A stretch of DNA of 64,000 nt from Candidatus Latescibacterota bacterium (lineage in GTDB: Bacteria; Latescibacterota; UBA2968; UBA8231): NCBI GenBank assembly GCA_965221775.1, contig CBDCSU010000006.1, forward strand, positions 512,001 to 576,000, in the 5' to 3' direction. A program made the position numbers and the translations under genes. The notes under the pieces are model-generated. The model did no database searches. It was given only the letters and a program-made list of their open reading frames with translations, and had not been told where the DNA came from. Positions within the stretch are counted from its first letter, which is position 1; each line of letters starts with the position of its first letter. Positions 52,635 through 62,312 of the stretch are shown one piece after another.

Positions 52635-53483
52635 ATGAACGAGCCTGACAGGTCGAGGCTTGAGGTCTTGAAGAACAGCGTAGTCAAGTCCATGTTCATA
52701 GACATGGCAGATCGTGACTATGTAGCTTCGCGACTGGCTTACCGCATGCAAATGTACAACCTGTTCTTCTGGTCGGCTGGTCAGGCGATCGAGAAGTACC
52801 TTAAAGCATCTTTGCTGCTAAATGGGAAGTCTGCCAAGCTTGGCCACGACTTGATTGAGTTGTTCAAGGCAGTCTCCAAGTACGCATCGGATCTCTTTCC
52901 TGAGAAGCTGACAAAGCCTGACGATCTTTCATCAAACAGTTGGAGGGAAGAATCTCCATCTGATTTCTTGATACGGTTCAATAAGTATGCCAATCCCCAT
53001 ACTCGCTACAATTTGACTGGATACGTTACGCTTGACGAGGACTTGTTTCACTTGGATCAGTTTGTATTTGCAGTTAGACGAATGGCGGTGTCTTTGGAAG
53101 CTTACCCATTTGTCTCTCCCAAGAGTCCGAGACCGGGTTCTCCGCGAACAATGCGAGAACTGTTGAAGAGGGCTTATAGGCTTCAGCCCTACCACCTCGA
53201 CTTCAAGAAAGCTCTAGAGAGGATCCCTGATCTGAGCATGCACGAGGCGGCACTTTCGGGGAATTTCCCTTTTGCTCCTCCAGATCATGTCCATGAAGAT
53301 GTTAGGGTGGGGACCGTCTTATCGATTCCGGTGCTTGACTTCATGATCATTGGTGAGGAGGAGAACTCGTCTGAAGCTCTGGTGGCAGCTGCCCTTGCTG
53401 ATTGGACTGTAGAGAATATCAGGTTGCCGAAGTGTCTGGAGAAAAAACTCAGAAACGAGGCTGTGCGTCTAAGAGGAGCTTAA
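52635..53483 (+). CDS. HEPN-domain protein
   Basis: ADRDYVASR...QAIEKYLKA...GHDLIELF...RY pattern; strongly AT-shifted codons. Confidence 0.75.
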   Translation: MNEPDRSRLEVLKNSVVKSMFIDMADRDYVASRLAYRMQMYNLFFWSAGQAIEKYLKASLLLNGKSAKLGHDLIELFKAVSKYASDLFPEKLTKPDDLSSNSWREESPSDFLIRFNKYANPHTRYNLTGYVTLDEDLFHLDQFVFAVRRMAVSLEAYPFVSPKSPRPGSPRTMRELLKRAYRLQPYHLDFKKALERIPDLSMHEAALSGNFPFAPPDHVHEDVRVGTVLSIPVLDFMIIGEEENSSEALVAAALADWTVENIRLPKCLEKKLRNEAVRLRGA

Positions 53484-53569
53484 GGACCAAGGGCTGCGGT
53501 GAATCCAGAAGGGAAGGTCGACTCCCCTTCTCGAGGCTAGACGGAATCGGTGCCGCGGATCTTCATCCT

Positions 53570-54973
53570 TCAGGCTCCCTGTAGTTGCTCGGCCAGCTCC
53601 TCGGCGGGATAGGTGAGGATCTCGGCCAGGGTCGGGTGGTAGTGGGGGATCTCCATCAGGTGGCGCACGGTGCCGCGGAAGTACATCACCGCCGCCAGCT
53701 CGTGGATCAACTCGCCGGCCTCCGGCCCGACGATGCCGGCGCCGAGGATCTCGCCGGTGGCGGGATCGCAGAGGATCTTGGCGTGGCCGTGCAGCTCGCC
53801 CAGGGTCATCGACTTGCCGTGGTCCTCGAAGGGATAGCTGGCCGCCAGGTAGGGGATGCCCTCCTCCCGGCATGGCCTCTCCAGGCGGCCGAGGGTGGCC
53901 ACCGCCGGATCGGTGAAGGTGACGGTCATGTCGAGGCGCGTGTCGAGGCGCCGCGGCTCCCCCTGCAGGTGGACGGCGTTGTAGCCGGCCGCCTCGCCCT
54001 GGAGCACGGCGATGTGGACGATCTCGTGGAGGCCGTTGACGTCGCCGGCGGCGAAGATGTGGGGCTGGCGGGTGCGCATGGCGTCGTCCACGAGGACGCG
54101 GCGGTCGACCTCGACGCCGGCGGCGTCCAGGCCGAGGCCGCCGGTGTTCGGCCGCCGCCCCAGGGCCTGGAAGACGACCTGCCCCGAGGCGGTGCGCTCC
54201 TCCCCGCCGTGGCGGAAGTGGACCGTGGCCATGCCGTTGGCGCGTTCGAGGCGGTGCAGCGTCGTCCCGGTGTACAGCTCCATGCCCTCCTCGCGGAAGC
54301 GGGCCTCCACGGGGCGCGCCAGGTCTTCGTCGGTCTGGGAGAGGATGTGGCCGCTGCGCTGGATCATCACCGTCTGCACCCCGAGGCGGCAGTAGAACTG
54401 GGCCAGCTCGCAGGCGATGGGACCGCCGCCGAGAACGACCATCGACGCCGGCAGGTCGCGCAGGTCGAGGGCGTCGTCGGAGGTGATGAAGCCGGTCTCC
54501 TCCAGGCCGGGGATCGGCGGCCGGCTGATGGCGGAGCCGGTGGCGATGACGAAGGCGCGGGCGGTGAGCCGGCGGCCGCCGACCTCGATCTCGCGGGCAC
54601 CGGTGAAGCGCGCCGGCGCCTCGTAGAGGGTGAAGCCGCGCAGCTGCTCGACGCGGTGGTCGGCGAACTCGCGGATCAGGCGGTCCTTGCGGTCGATGAT
54701 CGCCTCCAGATCGGCACCGGGTCCCGGCGCCGAGAGGCCGAACTCCGGGGCCCGGCGGATCAGGGACATGACATCCGAGGAGCGCAGCACCGACTTGCTC
54801 GGCATGCAGCCCCGCAGGATGCACAGCCCCCCCAGCGGCCCGGGGTCGACGATGGCCACGTCGGCGCCCTCGTCGCGGGCCGTGCGCGCCGCCGCGTACC
54901 CCGCCGAGCCGCCGCCGATGACGATGACGTCGTGGTCGATACTCGATGCCGCCATGTCGTACCCTTTCCCCAT
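53570..54973 (-). CDS. Pyridine nucleotide-disulfide oxidoreductase (dihydrolipoamide dehydrogenase-like)
   Basis: IGGGSAG, GGLCILRGCMPSK, GGGPIACE, AAGDV, HPTLAE. Confidence 0.9.
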   Translation of the reverse strand: MGKGYDMAASSIDHDVIVIGGGSAGYAAARTARDEGADVAIVDPGPLGGLCILRGCMPSKSVLRSSDVMSLIRRAPEFGLSAPGPGADLEAIIDRKDRLIREFADHRVEQLRGFTLYEAPARFTGAREIEVGGRRLTARAFVIATGSAISRPPIPGLEETGFITSDDALDLRDLPASMVVLGGGPIACELAQFYCRLGVQTVMIQRSGHILSQTDEDLARPVEARFREEGMELYTGTTLHRLERANGMATVHFRHGGEERTASGQVVFQALGRRPNTGGLGLDAAGVEVDRRVLVDDAMRTRQPHIFAAGDVNGLHEIVHIAVLQGEAAGYNAVHLQGEPRRLDTRLDMTVTFTDPAVATLGRLERPCREEGIPYLAASYPFEDHGKSMTLGELHGHAKILCDPATGEILGAGIVGPEAGELIHELAAVMYFRGTVRHLMEIPHYHPTLAEILTYPAEELAEQLQGA

Positions 54974-55043
54974 GATGCCTCCGACGTTCCTCCCTCCGGT
55001 CAGGACCGCCGCGAGAACAAGCGGGTTGACTCCGATGCCCGCA

Positions 55044-56267
55044 ATGCGGCGCGCCCCCATCGCTCTCGCCCTGACCCTGGCGGGGATCCTGCTGCAGGCC
55101 CCGGGGGCCGGGGCGCAGGAACAGCCCGCCCCGGACGCCCCCTACACCCTGCGCGGCCCCGCCGACCCGCGCATCCAGGCCGGCATCGACCTGATCTACA
55201 GCCTCCGCTTCGACGAGGCCGAGCGCTACTTCGGGCGCATCATCGCCGCCGACCCCGGCCACCCCCTGGGCCACTTCTTCCTGGCCACGGTCACCTGGTG
55301 GCGGATCCTCGTCGACCTGGAGGACCGCTCCCACGACGAGGCGTTCTACACGCTGCTGCAGCGCTGCATCGACGTCTGCGACCGGCGCCTGGAGGCCGAC
55401 CCCGACGACTTCGACGCCATCCTCTTCAAGGGCGGCGCCATCGGCTTCCGGGGGCGGCTGCGCGGCGACCGGCGCCAGTTCCTGAAGGCGGCCCACGACG
55501 GGCTGCTCTCCCTGCCGCTGCTGGAGAAGAGCCGCAGCCTGGAGCCGGAGAACAAGGACATCCTCTTCGGCCAGGGGATCTACAACTACTTCGCCGAGGT
55601 CATCCCCCAGCGCCACCCGATCGTGCGGCCGGTCATGTGGCTGCTGCCCGACGGCGACAAGGAACTCGGGCTGGAACAGCTTCGGCAGGTGGGCCGCGAG
55701 GGGCGCTACGCCCGCGCCGAGGCCCTCTACTTCCTGGCCCAGATCCACCGCCTCTTCGAGGAGGACGCCGCCGCCGCCCTGCCCTACCTGGAGCAGCTCC
55801 ACCGGCGCTACCCGGACAACTCCCTCTTCCACCGCTACGTCGGCCGCGCCCTCGTCGGCGTCGACCGCTGGCGCGAGGGCACCGCGGTCTACGAGGAGGT
55901 CGCCGCCCGCAGCCGCGCCGGCGATCCGGGATACCACACCCGCGGCCACATCGAGGCCCTCTACTACATCGGCCGCAACGCCCAGCGCCAGGCCCGGCTC
56001 CGGGATACGGTGCGCGCCCTGGCCGCCGCCGACAGCCTCTCCTACGGGCTCGGTGAAAAGGCGAAGGCCCAGTCGGTCCGGGGGTACGTGCCGATGGCCA
56101 ACCTTTATATGGGCATCGCCCTGAAGGAGCTGGGAGAGGCGGAAGCCGCCGGGGTCCGCTTCCGGCGCGTCCTCGAGCTGCCCGACCACGAGGGCACCCG
56201 CGACCTGGCCCGCCGCTACCTCAAGCTTCAGAAGCGCAAGGCCGCGGCCTCGCCCCCCGGCTCGTAG
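55044..56267 (+). CDS. Exported tetratricopeptide-repeat protein
   Basis: Signal peptide (AGA-Q); TPR-like helices (ALYFLAQIH, YPDNSLF, ALYYIG, NLYMG). Confidence 0.75.
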   Translation: MRRAPIALALTLAGILLQAPGAGAQEQPAPDAPYTLRGPADPRIQAGIDLIYSLRFDEAERYFGRIIAADPGHPLGHFFLATVTWWRILVDLEDRSHDEAFYTLLQRCIDVCDRRLEADPDDFDAILFKGGAIGFRGRLRGDRRQFLKAAHDGLLSLPLLEKSRSLEPENKDILFGQGIYNYFAEVIPQRHPIVRPVMWLLPDGDKELGLEQLRQVGREGRYARAEALYFLAQIHRLFEEDAAAALPYLEQLHRRYPDNSLFHRYVGRALVGVDRWREGTAVYEEVAARSRAGDPGYHTRGHIEALYYIGRNAQRQARLRDTVRALAAADSLSYGLGEKAKAQSVRGYVPMANLYMGIALKELGEAEAAGVRFRRVLELPDHEGTRDLARRYLKLQKRKAAASPPGS

Positions 56268-56827
56268 TCCCACTGGCGCAGGATCTCGTAGACGACGACG
56301 GCCGCGGCGGCGGCGACGTTGAGGGAGTTCTTGAAGCCGAAGACGGGCACCTCGATCAGCTCGTCGCAGCTCTCCAGCACCGAGGGCTGCACTCCCAGAG
56401 CCTCGTTGCCGAGGACCAGGGCCACGGGCCGCGGGTAGCTCACCCGCGCGTAGTGGCGGCTGCGCGACGTCGTCTCCAGGGCCCACACGGGAACGCCGTC
56501 CTCCCGCAGCCGCTGGAGCGCCTCCTCCGTCGTCGGGTAGTGCCGGGTGGCCACGTAGTCGAGGCTGCCGAGGGCGGTCTTGTCGAGGCGCGGATGGGGC
56601 GGATGGGCGGTGTGGCCGCAGGTGAGCAGCCCCGCCAGCCGGGCCGTGTCGGCGACCCGGAAGAGGGCGCCCACGTTGAAGGCGGAGCGCAGGTTGTCGA
56701 GCACCAGGAGGACGGGGAACTTGGGGCGGCGGGCGTACTCGTCGGGGGAGATGTCGAGGTCGCGGCCCCGGACCTCGAAGCCGGACTCTTCGAGGCCGGA
56801 GACCTGCCGCCGATCAGGTGGACCCAC
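56228..56827 (-). CDS. SpoU/TrmH-family RNA methyltransferase
   Basis: LDNLRSAFNVGALFR, LGNEALG, SLNVA. Confidence 0.9.
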   Translation of the reverse strand: MGPPDRRQVSGLEESGFEVRGRDLDISPDEYARRPKFPVLLVLDNLRSAFNVGALFRVADTARLAGLLTCGHTAHPPHPRLDKTALGSLDYVATRHYPTTEEALQRLREDGVPVWALETTSRSRHYARVSYPRPVALVLGNEALGVQPSVLESCDELIEVPVFGFKNSLNVAAAAAVVVYEILRQWDYEPGGEAAALRF

Positions 56828-57839
56828 AGGACTCTCGCACGATCAGGCGGGGGGTCAGGGTGACTCTCCGAGGGCGGCAAGCGCCGCCTTGCAGCAACTC
56901 CAGCATCAGATCCATCACCGTCTCGGCGATCTCTTCGTAGGGGGTAGCCAAGGTGGTCAGGGCTGGCGACTGATAGGCTGACACCTCCAGATCGCCCTGC
57001 CCCACCACGGCCACATCCTCGGGAACGCGCAGCCCCGCCTCCCTCAGCCCGCGACACAGGCCGATGGCAATGTAGTCGGTCCGGCAGACATAGGCCGTGA
57101 ACCGGTCGAGGGTTGCCTTGCCCAGCTGATAGCCAGAGCGAACCAGATGAGTTGCACGCAGGCGCTCCGGGGTCAGGTGGTGCTCTTGCATGGCTCGGAA
57201 ATAGCCTCGCGCCTTGGCGGAACCCACCCGATCCCGATTCCAGTCCGAGCCGATGAACCCGATCCGCTCGTGCCCGAGTCGGATCAGATGCTCTGTGACC
57301 TCGAAGAAACCCGCCGTCTCGTCCAGCTCGACGCCGCTCAGATCCTTGCTCGTCGGAAGGACAAACGTCACTACGGGCAGTAGGCCCTCTACCGCCCGAA
57401 GAATGCGCCCGGACTCCCACCCCTCCCCTCGGGCATGTACCAGAAGACCGTCGACGCCGCGGGACACCATCTGCTGGATCTGCCGGCTCCGCTGCTCCGG
57501 GTCAATCGGAGAACGCGGATGAGCGTCCAGGCTCACCAGGATCTGGTAGTTCCGCCGGTCCGCCGCCTTCAGGATCTCATCGGCGTACCTGCCATGGATC
57601 TCGCGGTTGAGCTGGTAGGTCAGCAGGCCCAGGGTGCCCGTCCGGCCGGTCACGAACCCCTTGGCCATCAGGTTCGGAGTGTAGCCCAGCTCCGCGGCCA
57701 GCCGCTTGATCCGCTCTCGGGTCTTCTCGGTCACCAGGGCGGCAACCTCGGGGTTCTGAGACAGGGCGCGGGACACCGTCGTGTGGGTAACCCCCAACTC
57801 CCGGGCGATGTCCTTGATGGTGACCCGTTTCTTGCTCAT
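56814..57839 (-). CDS. LacI-family transcriptional regulator
   Basis: TIKDIARELGVTHTTVSRAL, LGYTPN, HL..LGH.RI, VPEDVAVVG, P.LTT. Confidence 0.93.
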   Translation of the reverse strand: MSKKRVTIKDIARELGVTHTTVSRALSQNPEVAALVTEKTRERIKRLAAELGYTPNLMAKGFVTGRTGTLGLLTYQLNREIHGRYADEILKAADRRNYQILVSLDAHPRSPIDPEQRSRQIQQMVSRGVDGLLVHARGEGWESGRILRAVEGLLPVVTFVLPTSKDLSGVELDETAGFFEVTEHLIRLGHERIGFIGSDWNRDRVGSAKARGYFRAMQEHHLTPERLRATHLVRSGYQLGKATLDRFTAYVCRTDYIAIGLCRGLREAGLRVPEDVAVVGQGDLEVSAYQSPALTTLATPYEEIAETVMDLMLELLQGGACRPRRVTLTPRLIVRESCGST

Positions 57840-57886
57840 TCCCGTTGCACTCCCGCGCCATCGAGGTTGGGCGCTCGGAGTAGGGA

Positions 57887-57940
57887 TGTCAAACGTGGAA
57901 TTGACTTCCCACGTGTGTATTACCTATTATACACGTGGTC
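57887..57940. promoter_or_regulatory. Divergent promoter region with two CACGTG-centred operators
   Basis: TTGACA on minus (57892-57887); TTGACT-N18-TATTAT on plus; CACGTG at 57910 and 57932. Confidence 0.55.
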
Positions 57941-58048
57941 ATTGCCTTGCGATGCCGAGCAGGAGGGCGCCGGAAGTCCGAGACGGCGCTTGGTCCGCAG
58001 GGAGGGTTCGCGGGGCCCTTGCTCGGCTCAACAAGCGGGAGTGCAGCC

Positions 58049-58528
58049 ATGAGGGTCTTCGCAACCTGTCTCATCGGACTCGTGGGGGCATGGGCCCATG
58101 CAACGGCAGAGCCCCTGGTCGAAGGCCGGGTGCTCCTGCCCTCGGGCGGGCCCGGGGCCGGGTCGCAGGTGCGGCTGTTCGACCTGACCGATCTTCGTGC
58201 GGCGCCCGTCGGGACGGCCGCGGATGAGTCCGGGCATTTCACCCTCCCTCTCACGGCCTTGCCGAGGCTCGCCCTTCCCGAGCGATTCGAGCTGGGTCGG
58301 CTGGTTTGGGTGGGCCGGGCGGCGTGGGGGGACCGGCCGCAAACGGAGGAGGCGGGGCGCCGGCCCCGGTCTACCGGGTTGACCGTCTCGGGTTCGGGGC
58401 TGGTCCCCTACGTCGACCCGGCCTTCCGGGTGACGGCGGGCATGGCCCCGGGGGAGGTGGTGGTTGGAGACCCCGGGCAGCGCCCCGTCGGCGAAGGTGG
58501 CCTCCGGCGGGATCCCTCGGCGACGTGA
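58049..58528 (+). pseudogene. Degraded secreted multidomain protein (signal peptide, AEPLVEGRV module, lost FlgD-like domain, dockerin-like start)
   Basis: AEPLVEGRV...VRLFDL...LPERFELG, then a jump; later blocks (GLTVSGSGLVPYVDPAF; ETPGSAPSAKVASGGI; LGDV) lie in three different frames. Confidence 0.6.
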
Positions 58529-58678
58529 TGCTCAACGACGGCGCGGGCTCAATCCACCCCGCCGTCATGCCTCGCAAGCTGCGGCAACGTGGCCCGAGGG
58601 AAAGCAAACAAGCAAGTCTTCCGAGAACTCTTGCGAGTGCGGCTCCCGGCTCCAGCCGACAGGCACTCGTTGCCGATG

Positions 58679-59305
58679 TCAGCGCCGGTCATGCGGGAGG
58701 TCGGCCACCGCCATCACCAGCTGCACCAGTTCCACCTGCCGGGAGATTCCCTGCTTTTCGAAGATGTGCTTGATGTGCCACCTGATGGTGGTCACGCTCC
58801 GCCCCGTCGCGGCGGCGATGTCGCGGATGGTCTTTCCCTGCGCCAGCGACACCGCCACCTGGCTTTCCGCCGGGGTGAGGCCGAGTACGGCCCCCACGCG
58901 GTCCGGGTCGATGGCCGCACGGGACGCCGGATCGACAACCAGCACGAGTGCGCCCAGGCGGCCCTGAGTCAGGTCCGTCCCCTCCTCGCTCAGAGGATTG
59001 ACGTGCAGCACGAGGCGGACCCGCCCACTCACCATCATGGAACCGCTCCCTCCAGGTCCGCCCAGAAACGGGAGCGCCTGCGCCAGGAGCCCCTGGAGCT
59101 TCTCGTCCTCCCGAGGGATCGAGGCCTGCAGGAAACCCCTCCGGTCCGACAGCCCGGTTCCTTTGCGCAGGAGTTTGCGCGCATGATCGTTCGCCGTCAC
59201 CACTCGTCCGCGCCGGTCCAGCCGAATGACCCCCGTCCTGTCGTCGTCGAGCACGGCTGCGCGCAACGACCTCAGAATGTGCTCGAACAGATCCTGCCGG
59301 CTCAT
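58679..59305 (-). CDS. PAS-like/LuxR-type HTH regulator, probably internally deleted
   Basis: GVIRLDRRGRVV.AN; C-terminal GLTPAESQVA..LAQG.TIRDIA...TIRWHIK.IF.K.G..RQ.ELV. Confidence 0.75.
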   Translation of the reverse strand: MSRQDLFEHILRSLRAAVLDDDRTGVIRLDRRGRVVTANDHARKLLRKGTGLSDRRGFLQASIPREDEKLQGLLAQALPFLGGPGGSGSMMVSGRVRLVLHVNPLSEEGTDLTQGRLGALVLVVDPASRAAIDPDRVGAVLGLTPAESQVAVSLAQGKTIRDIAAATGRSVTTIRWHIKHIFEKQGISRQVELVQLVMAVADLPHDRR

Positions 59306-59832
59306 GGGAATCCGTCTCCAAAACCGGGTCCGCCCCATCTCAAGGCACGACCCCTACCGCATAGGTAGAATGATAGCCTCTCGACTGCCATTTGCACCCC
59401 CCAAAATGGAGGGGAAAGCACCCGCAATTGAGGGTTTTTGGAGGTTTTTCCAAATTCGCCCGCTTTCACGCCACACGCCACATTGTGAGTACCGGAATGC
59501 CGCCACCGCAAGCCCGTGCGCGTGCAGTGCTCTTCTAGGAAATCTACTGCGACCCCCTTCACTTTGGGGGCGGAAAGAGGCGCTCGACTCCTTATGGTTT
59601 CCTTGGCGGGGTCGCGCTCGTCCGGCGCAGCGGCGGCATCGGCTTCGGGGTGGACTTCGGCATGGCCGGCGTCGGCCACGGACGGGAGGACCACCTTCAG
59701 CGCAGGCATGCTCAACCTCGTGCACTTCATCAGGTGAAGCATCGGATCCCGGCTGGACCCGGTGTGTGCGAGGTGACCAGGCTGAGGGTGACCCGTTTTC
59801 TCGATCCGGACCAGGTACGGGGTAGCCAGTGC

Positions 59833-59919
59833 CAGGTAGGGGCGGCTGTTCGATCTGCCCGGGGCCCGCCGGGGCGACCGGGGGGCCCCCGGCCGGAGCG
59901 GTTCGCGCTGGGGGCGAAT
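59833..59919 (+). pseudogene. Second remnant of the module seen at 58049
   Basis: CGGCTGTTCGATCTG (59843) matches 58172 at 14/15 nt; PERFALGAN (59893) corresponds to PERFELG (58277). Confidence 0.5.
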
Positions 59920-60195
59920 CCTGTACTCAGTGACCTCTCAGGTCAGCCCATCGCGCGCTGGATTCCTACCGCTTGTCCGCACCGGACGTCCTCCACGCGA
60001 GATACAGCGCAGCTCGCACTCTTCCTCAATTCCCCCTCCATTTGGATGGCGCCAAGAAGCCCTGCACTGCCGTACAATGCTATCTCAGCGGATGGCGCCT
60101 AACGGGCGAACCGCCGAATGCCAGGCGGGTGCCAAGGCAGCGAAGAGGGCACGGCAAACCTCCACTCGTCCTCTTCCAACAACGGAGCAGCAGAC

Positions 60196-60975
60196 ATGAC
60201 GAACGCACAACCACTCCTCGTGAGCGTCATGGCCTTGATGGTCATGGCACTCTCCCCCCTATACGGCCAGAGTGCCGAGACCTCAGCTCCCGAGACCCCT
60301 CGATTCACGCTCGGGGTTCAAGGCGCCCTGAGTGCGGCCACACTTGGTGGAGTGGAGGAAAATCAGTTCGGGGACCTCAGCTATCGCTTCAGCCTGGAAA
60401 ACTACCGCGTTTCCGGGACGTTCCCCCTGACCCCAAAATTGGGCCTGCAGCCCAGCGTAGCCTATGTAGCCAAGGGCGCTGCTCAACACTTGGGTATCGA
60501 GGGTGCCGAGGGTGGTGCGTCATACGAGATAAAACTCGACTACATCGAGTTGTCGGCCTTGGGCGTGGCGAGCACGGCTACTCTGGGTAGAAGCAACAGC
60601 GCCGTGTATGCGCTCGCGGGACCGACGCTGGGATTCCAAGCCGGATGCACGGCCGAGGTCACCGATCACCCGGGCGGGGATGACTTCGTAGGTGCCCTTC
60701 TCGAAGCGATGTTGGGAGAACCGCTGGACTGTGGCGATGCTTTCAAGGGCTCGGACTTGGGCATTACTGTGGGTGTCGGCTGGGACTGGCAACCGAAACA
60801 ACCCACTCCTGACATAGGAGTTCTATCGGGGCTGAAGGGTTCGCTGGAGATACTGTACACCCTGGGGCTTCAGTCGATTGCCAGCGACGAGTCTGGGGAT
60901 GGCGGCTCCGTTGTGGGGGGAGACCCCAAGAACCGGGCACTGGTTGTGTGGGTAGGTGCCTCCCTACCCCTCTGA
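60196..60975 (+). CDS. Outer-membrane beta-barrel (porin-family) protein
   Basis: Signal peptide; LQP.VAYV.KG, KLDYIEL, AGP.LG, D.G...G.G, Y.LGL; GGAG RBS. Confidence 0.75.
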   Translation: MTNAQPLLVSVMALMVMALSPLYGQSAETSAPETPRFTLGVQGALSAATLGGVEENQFGDLSYRFSLENYRVSGTFPLTPKLGLQPSVAYVAKGAAQHLGIEGAEGGASYEIKLDYIELSALGVASTATLGRSNSAVYALAGPTLGFQAGCTAEVTDHPGGDDFVGALLEAMLGEPLDCGDAFKGSDLGITVGVGWDWQPKQPTPDIGVLSGLKGSLEILYTLGLQSIASDESGDGGSVVGGDPKNRALVVWVGASLPL

Positions 60976-61178
60976 ATCGGCAGGGCTTGGTGGACGGGGC
61001 AGCCTGACGCGGCGGTTCTGTCCCTCAAGGGGAGAGCGCGTTTCTCCACCTCAAACTCGGCGAGGAGAGACGCCCTCTTCACGCGGAGTTACAATCTCAG
61101 ATGAATAAGCCTTCAAAGAGTGCAACCTGTTGACCTTCAATGTGAAAGTCGTCCCCCCTCCAAGAGGAGAATTCTCTG

Positions 61179-62297
61179 ATGAAGGAGACTCAATTTTGGC
61201 TCCTGCCTCTCTTGTGGCTCTCTCCCCTGCTTATAGGCTGTGGTACTAAGGCAGTTTATCTCACGGTGACACGTCCGGCCGAGGTCAACCTCAGAGACTT
61301 CGACAAAATCGCGGTCGGAGAAATCAAGGTGCACGGGAGCGCCGTTTTCTCCGAGGAGTTGATGCAGGCCCTCTTTGACTCCGAACGATTCGAAGTGCTG
61401 GACCACGAGAGCCTGAAAATGGCCCTCAGCCAGAACGACCTCGTCATGAGCACTCTGATGGAAGGGGACAGTGAAGAGGAAATCAGGAGGATCTTCGGCA
61501 ACATTGCGCTCATCTCCGGCAATATTACAGGGTACGAGTACGACGAGAATTTGACCTCCACAACAAGCGAAAAGAAGGATAAAGAGACGGGCAAGGTCAC
61601 CACCACGCGAACCTACAAACGTACGGGAACCGCAAGAGTAGGCGCCAGCCTGCGGATCATGGACTTGCGGACGGCAAGAATCTTGGCAACGAAGAACCTC
61701 ACCAGGTCCAAGAGTGCGAATAGAACGAAAACGAATTCCCGACCGGGACGAATAGATTCCTTGGCCCTCTTTCGGAACTGTAGAGCGCAGATCATCAGCT
61801 CCTTTATGCGGGTGATTGCCCCCTATACCGAGCGGGTGCAGGTGTCCTTTGAGACCGCCAAGGAGATGCCGGAATTGGAACGGGGGTTCAATTTGGCCAA
61901 GCTGGGCAATTGGGATGCCGCGATCGGCATCTTTGAAGAGGTGACTCGGGCGTACTCCAGTTCTCCTGTAGTCCACAAGGCCTACTATAATCTCGGTTTG
62001 AGTTACATGTACTCGGATCGATTCGACGAGGCAAAAGCTGCATTGGAAGAAGCCTATGTCTCAAAACCGGAGAGAAAGTACAAGAAGGCCATCGACGAAC
62101 TTGATGTGCGCATCGAAGACACGCGTCGGCTGGAAGAGCAACGACGGGTTGATCCAGAAGCAGCGGAAGGCGACGGAGCACCCGTGGAGGAGCAAGAACA
62201 GCCGGATGCAGAGGGAAGCGATGGCGACCCCATGGAGATGCAGGGTCAACCCGAGGCAGAAGGAACGGTTACCGAACCCATGAAGGACCAGAGGTAA
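61179..62297 (+). CDS. TPR-containing lipoprotein with CsgG-like N-terminal domain
   Basis: Lipobox LIGC; RFEVLD, LRIMDLRTARIL; TPR AYYNLGLSY; GAGGAG RBS. Confidence 0.7.
   Translation: MKETQFWLLPLLWLSPLLIGCGTKAVYLTVTRPAEVNLRDFDKIAVGEIKVHGSAVFSEELMQALFDSERFEVLDHESLKMALSQNDLVMSTLMEGDSEEEIRRIFGNIALISGNITGYEYDENLTSTTSEKKDKETGKVTTTRTYKRTGTARVGASLRIMDLRTARILATKNLTRSKSANRTKTNSRPGRIDSLALFRNCRAQIISSFMRVIAPYTERVQVSFETAKEMPELERGFNLAKLGNWDAAIGIFEEVTRAYSSSPVVHKAYYNLGLSYMYSDRFDEAKAALEEAYVSKPERKYKKAIDELDVRIEDTRRLEEQRRVDPEAAEGDGAPVEEQEQPDAEGSDGDPMEMQGQPEAEGTVTEPMKDQR
62154..62294 (+). repeat. Three degenerate 16-aa (48-bp) tandem repeats at the C-terminus
   Basis: PEAAEGDGAPVEEQEQ / PDAEGSDGDPMEMQGQ / PEAEGTVTEPMKDQR. 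Confidence 0.65.
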
Positions 62298-62312
62298 GGG
62301 AGGAAGGCACGC

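Noticed and set aside
53570-54973. Mercuric reductase merA
   Set aside because: No C-terminal Cys-Cys pair or NmerA domain; has the HPTLAE motif; no mer genes nearby
59302-59742. ORF 59302..59742 (-) as a gene
   Set aside because: No recognisable motif; mostly spans AT-richer intergenic DNA; at best a short fragment
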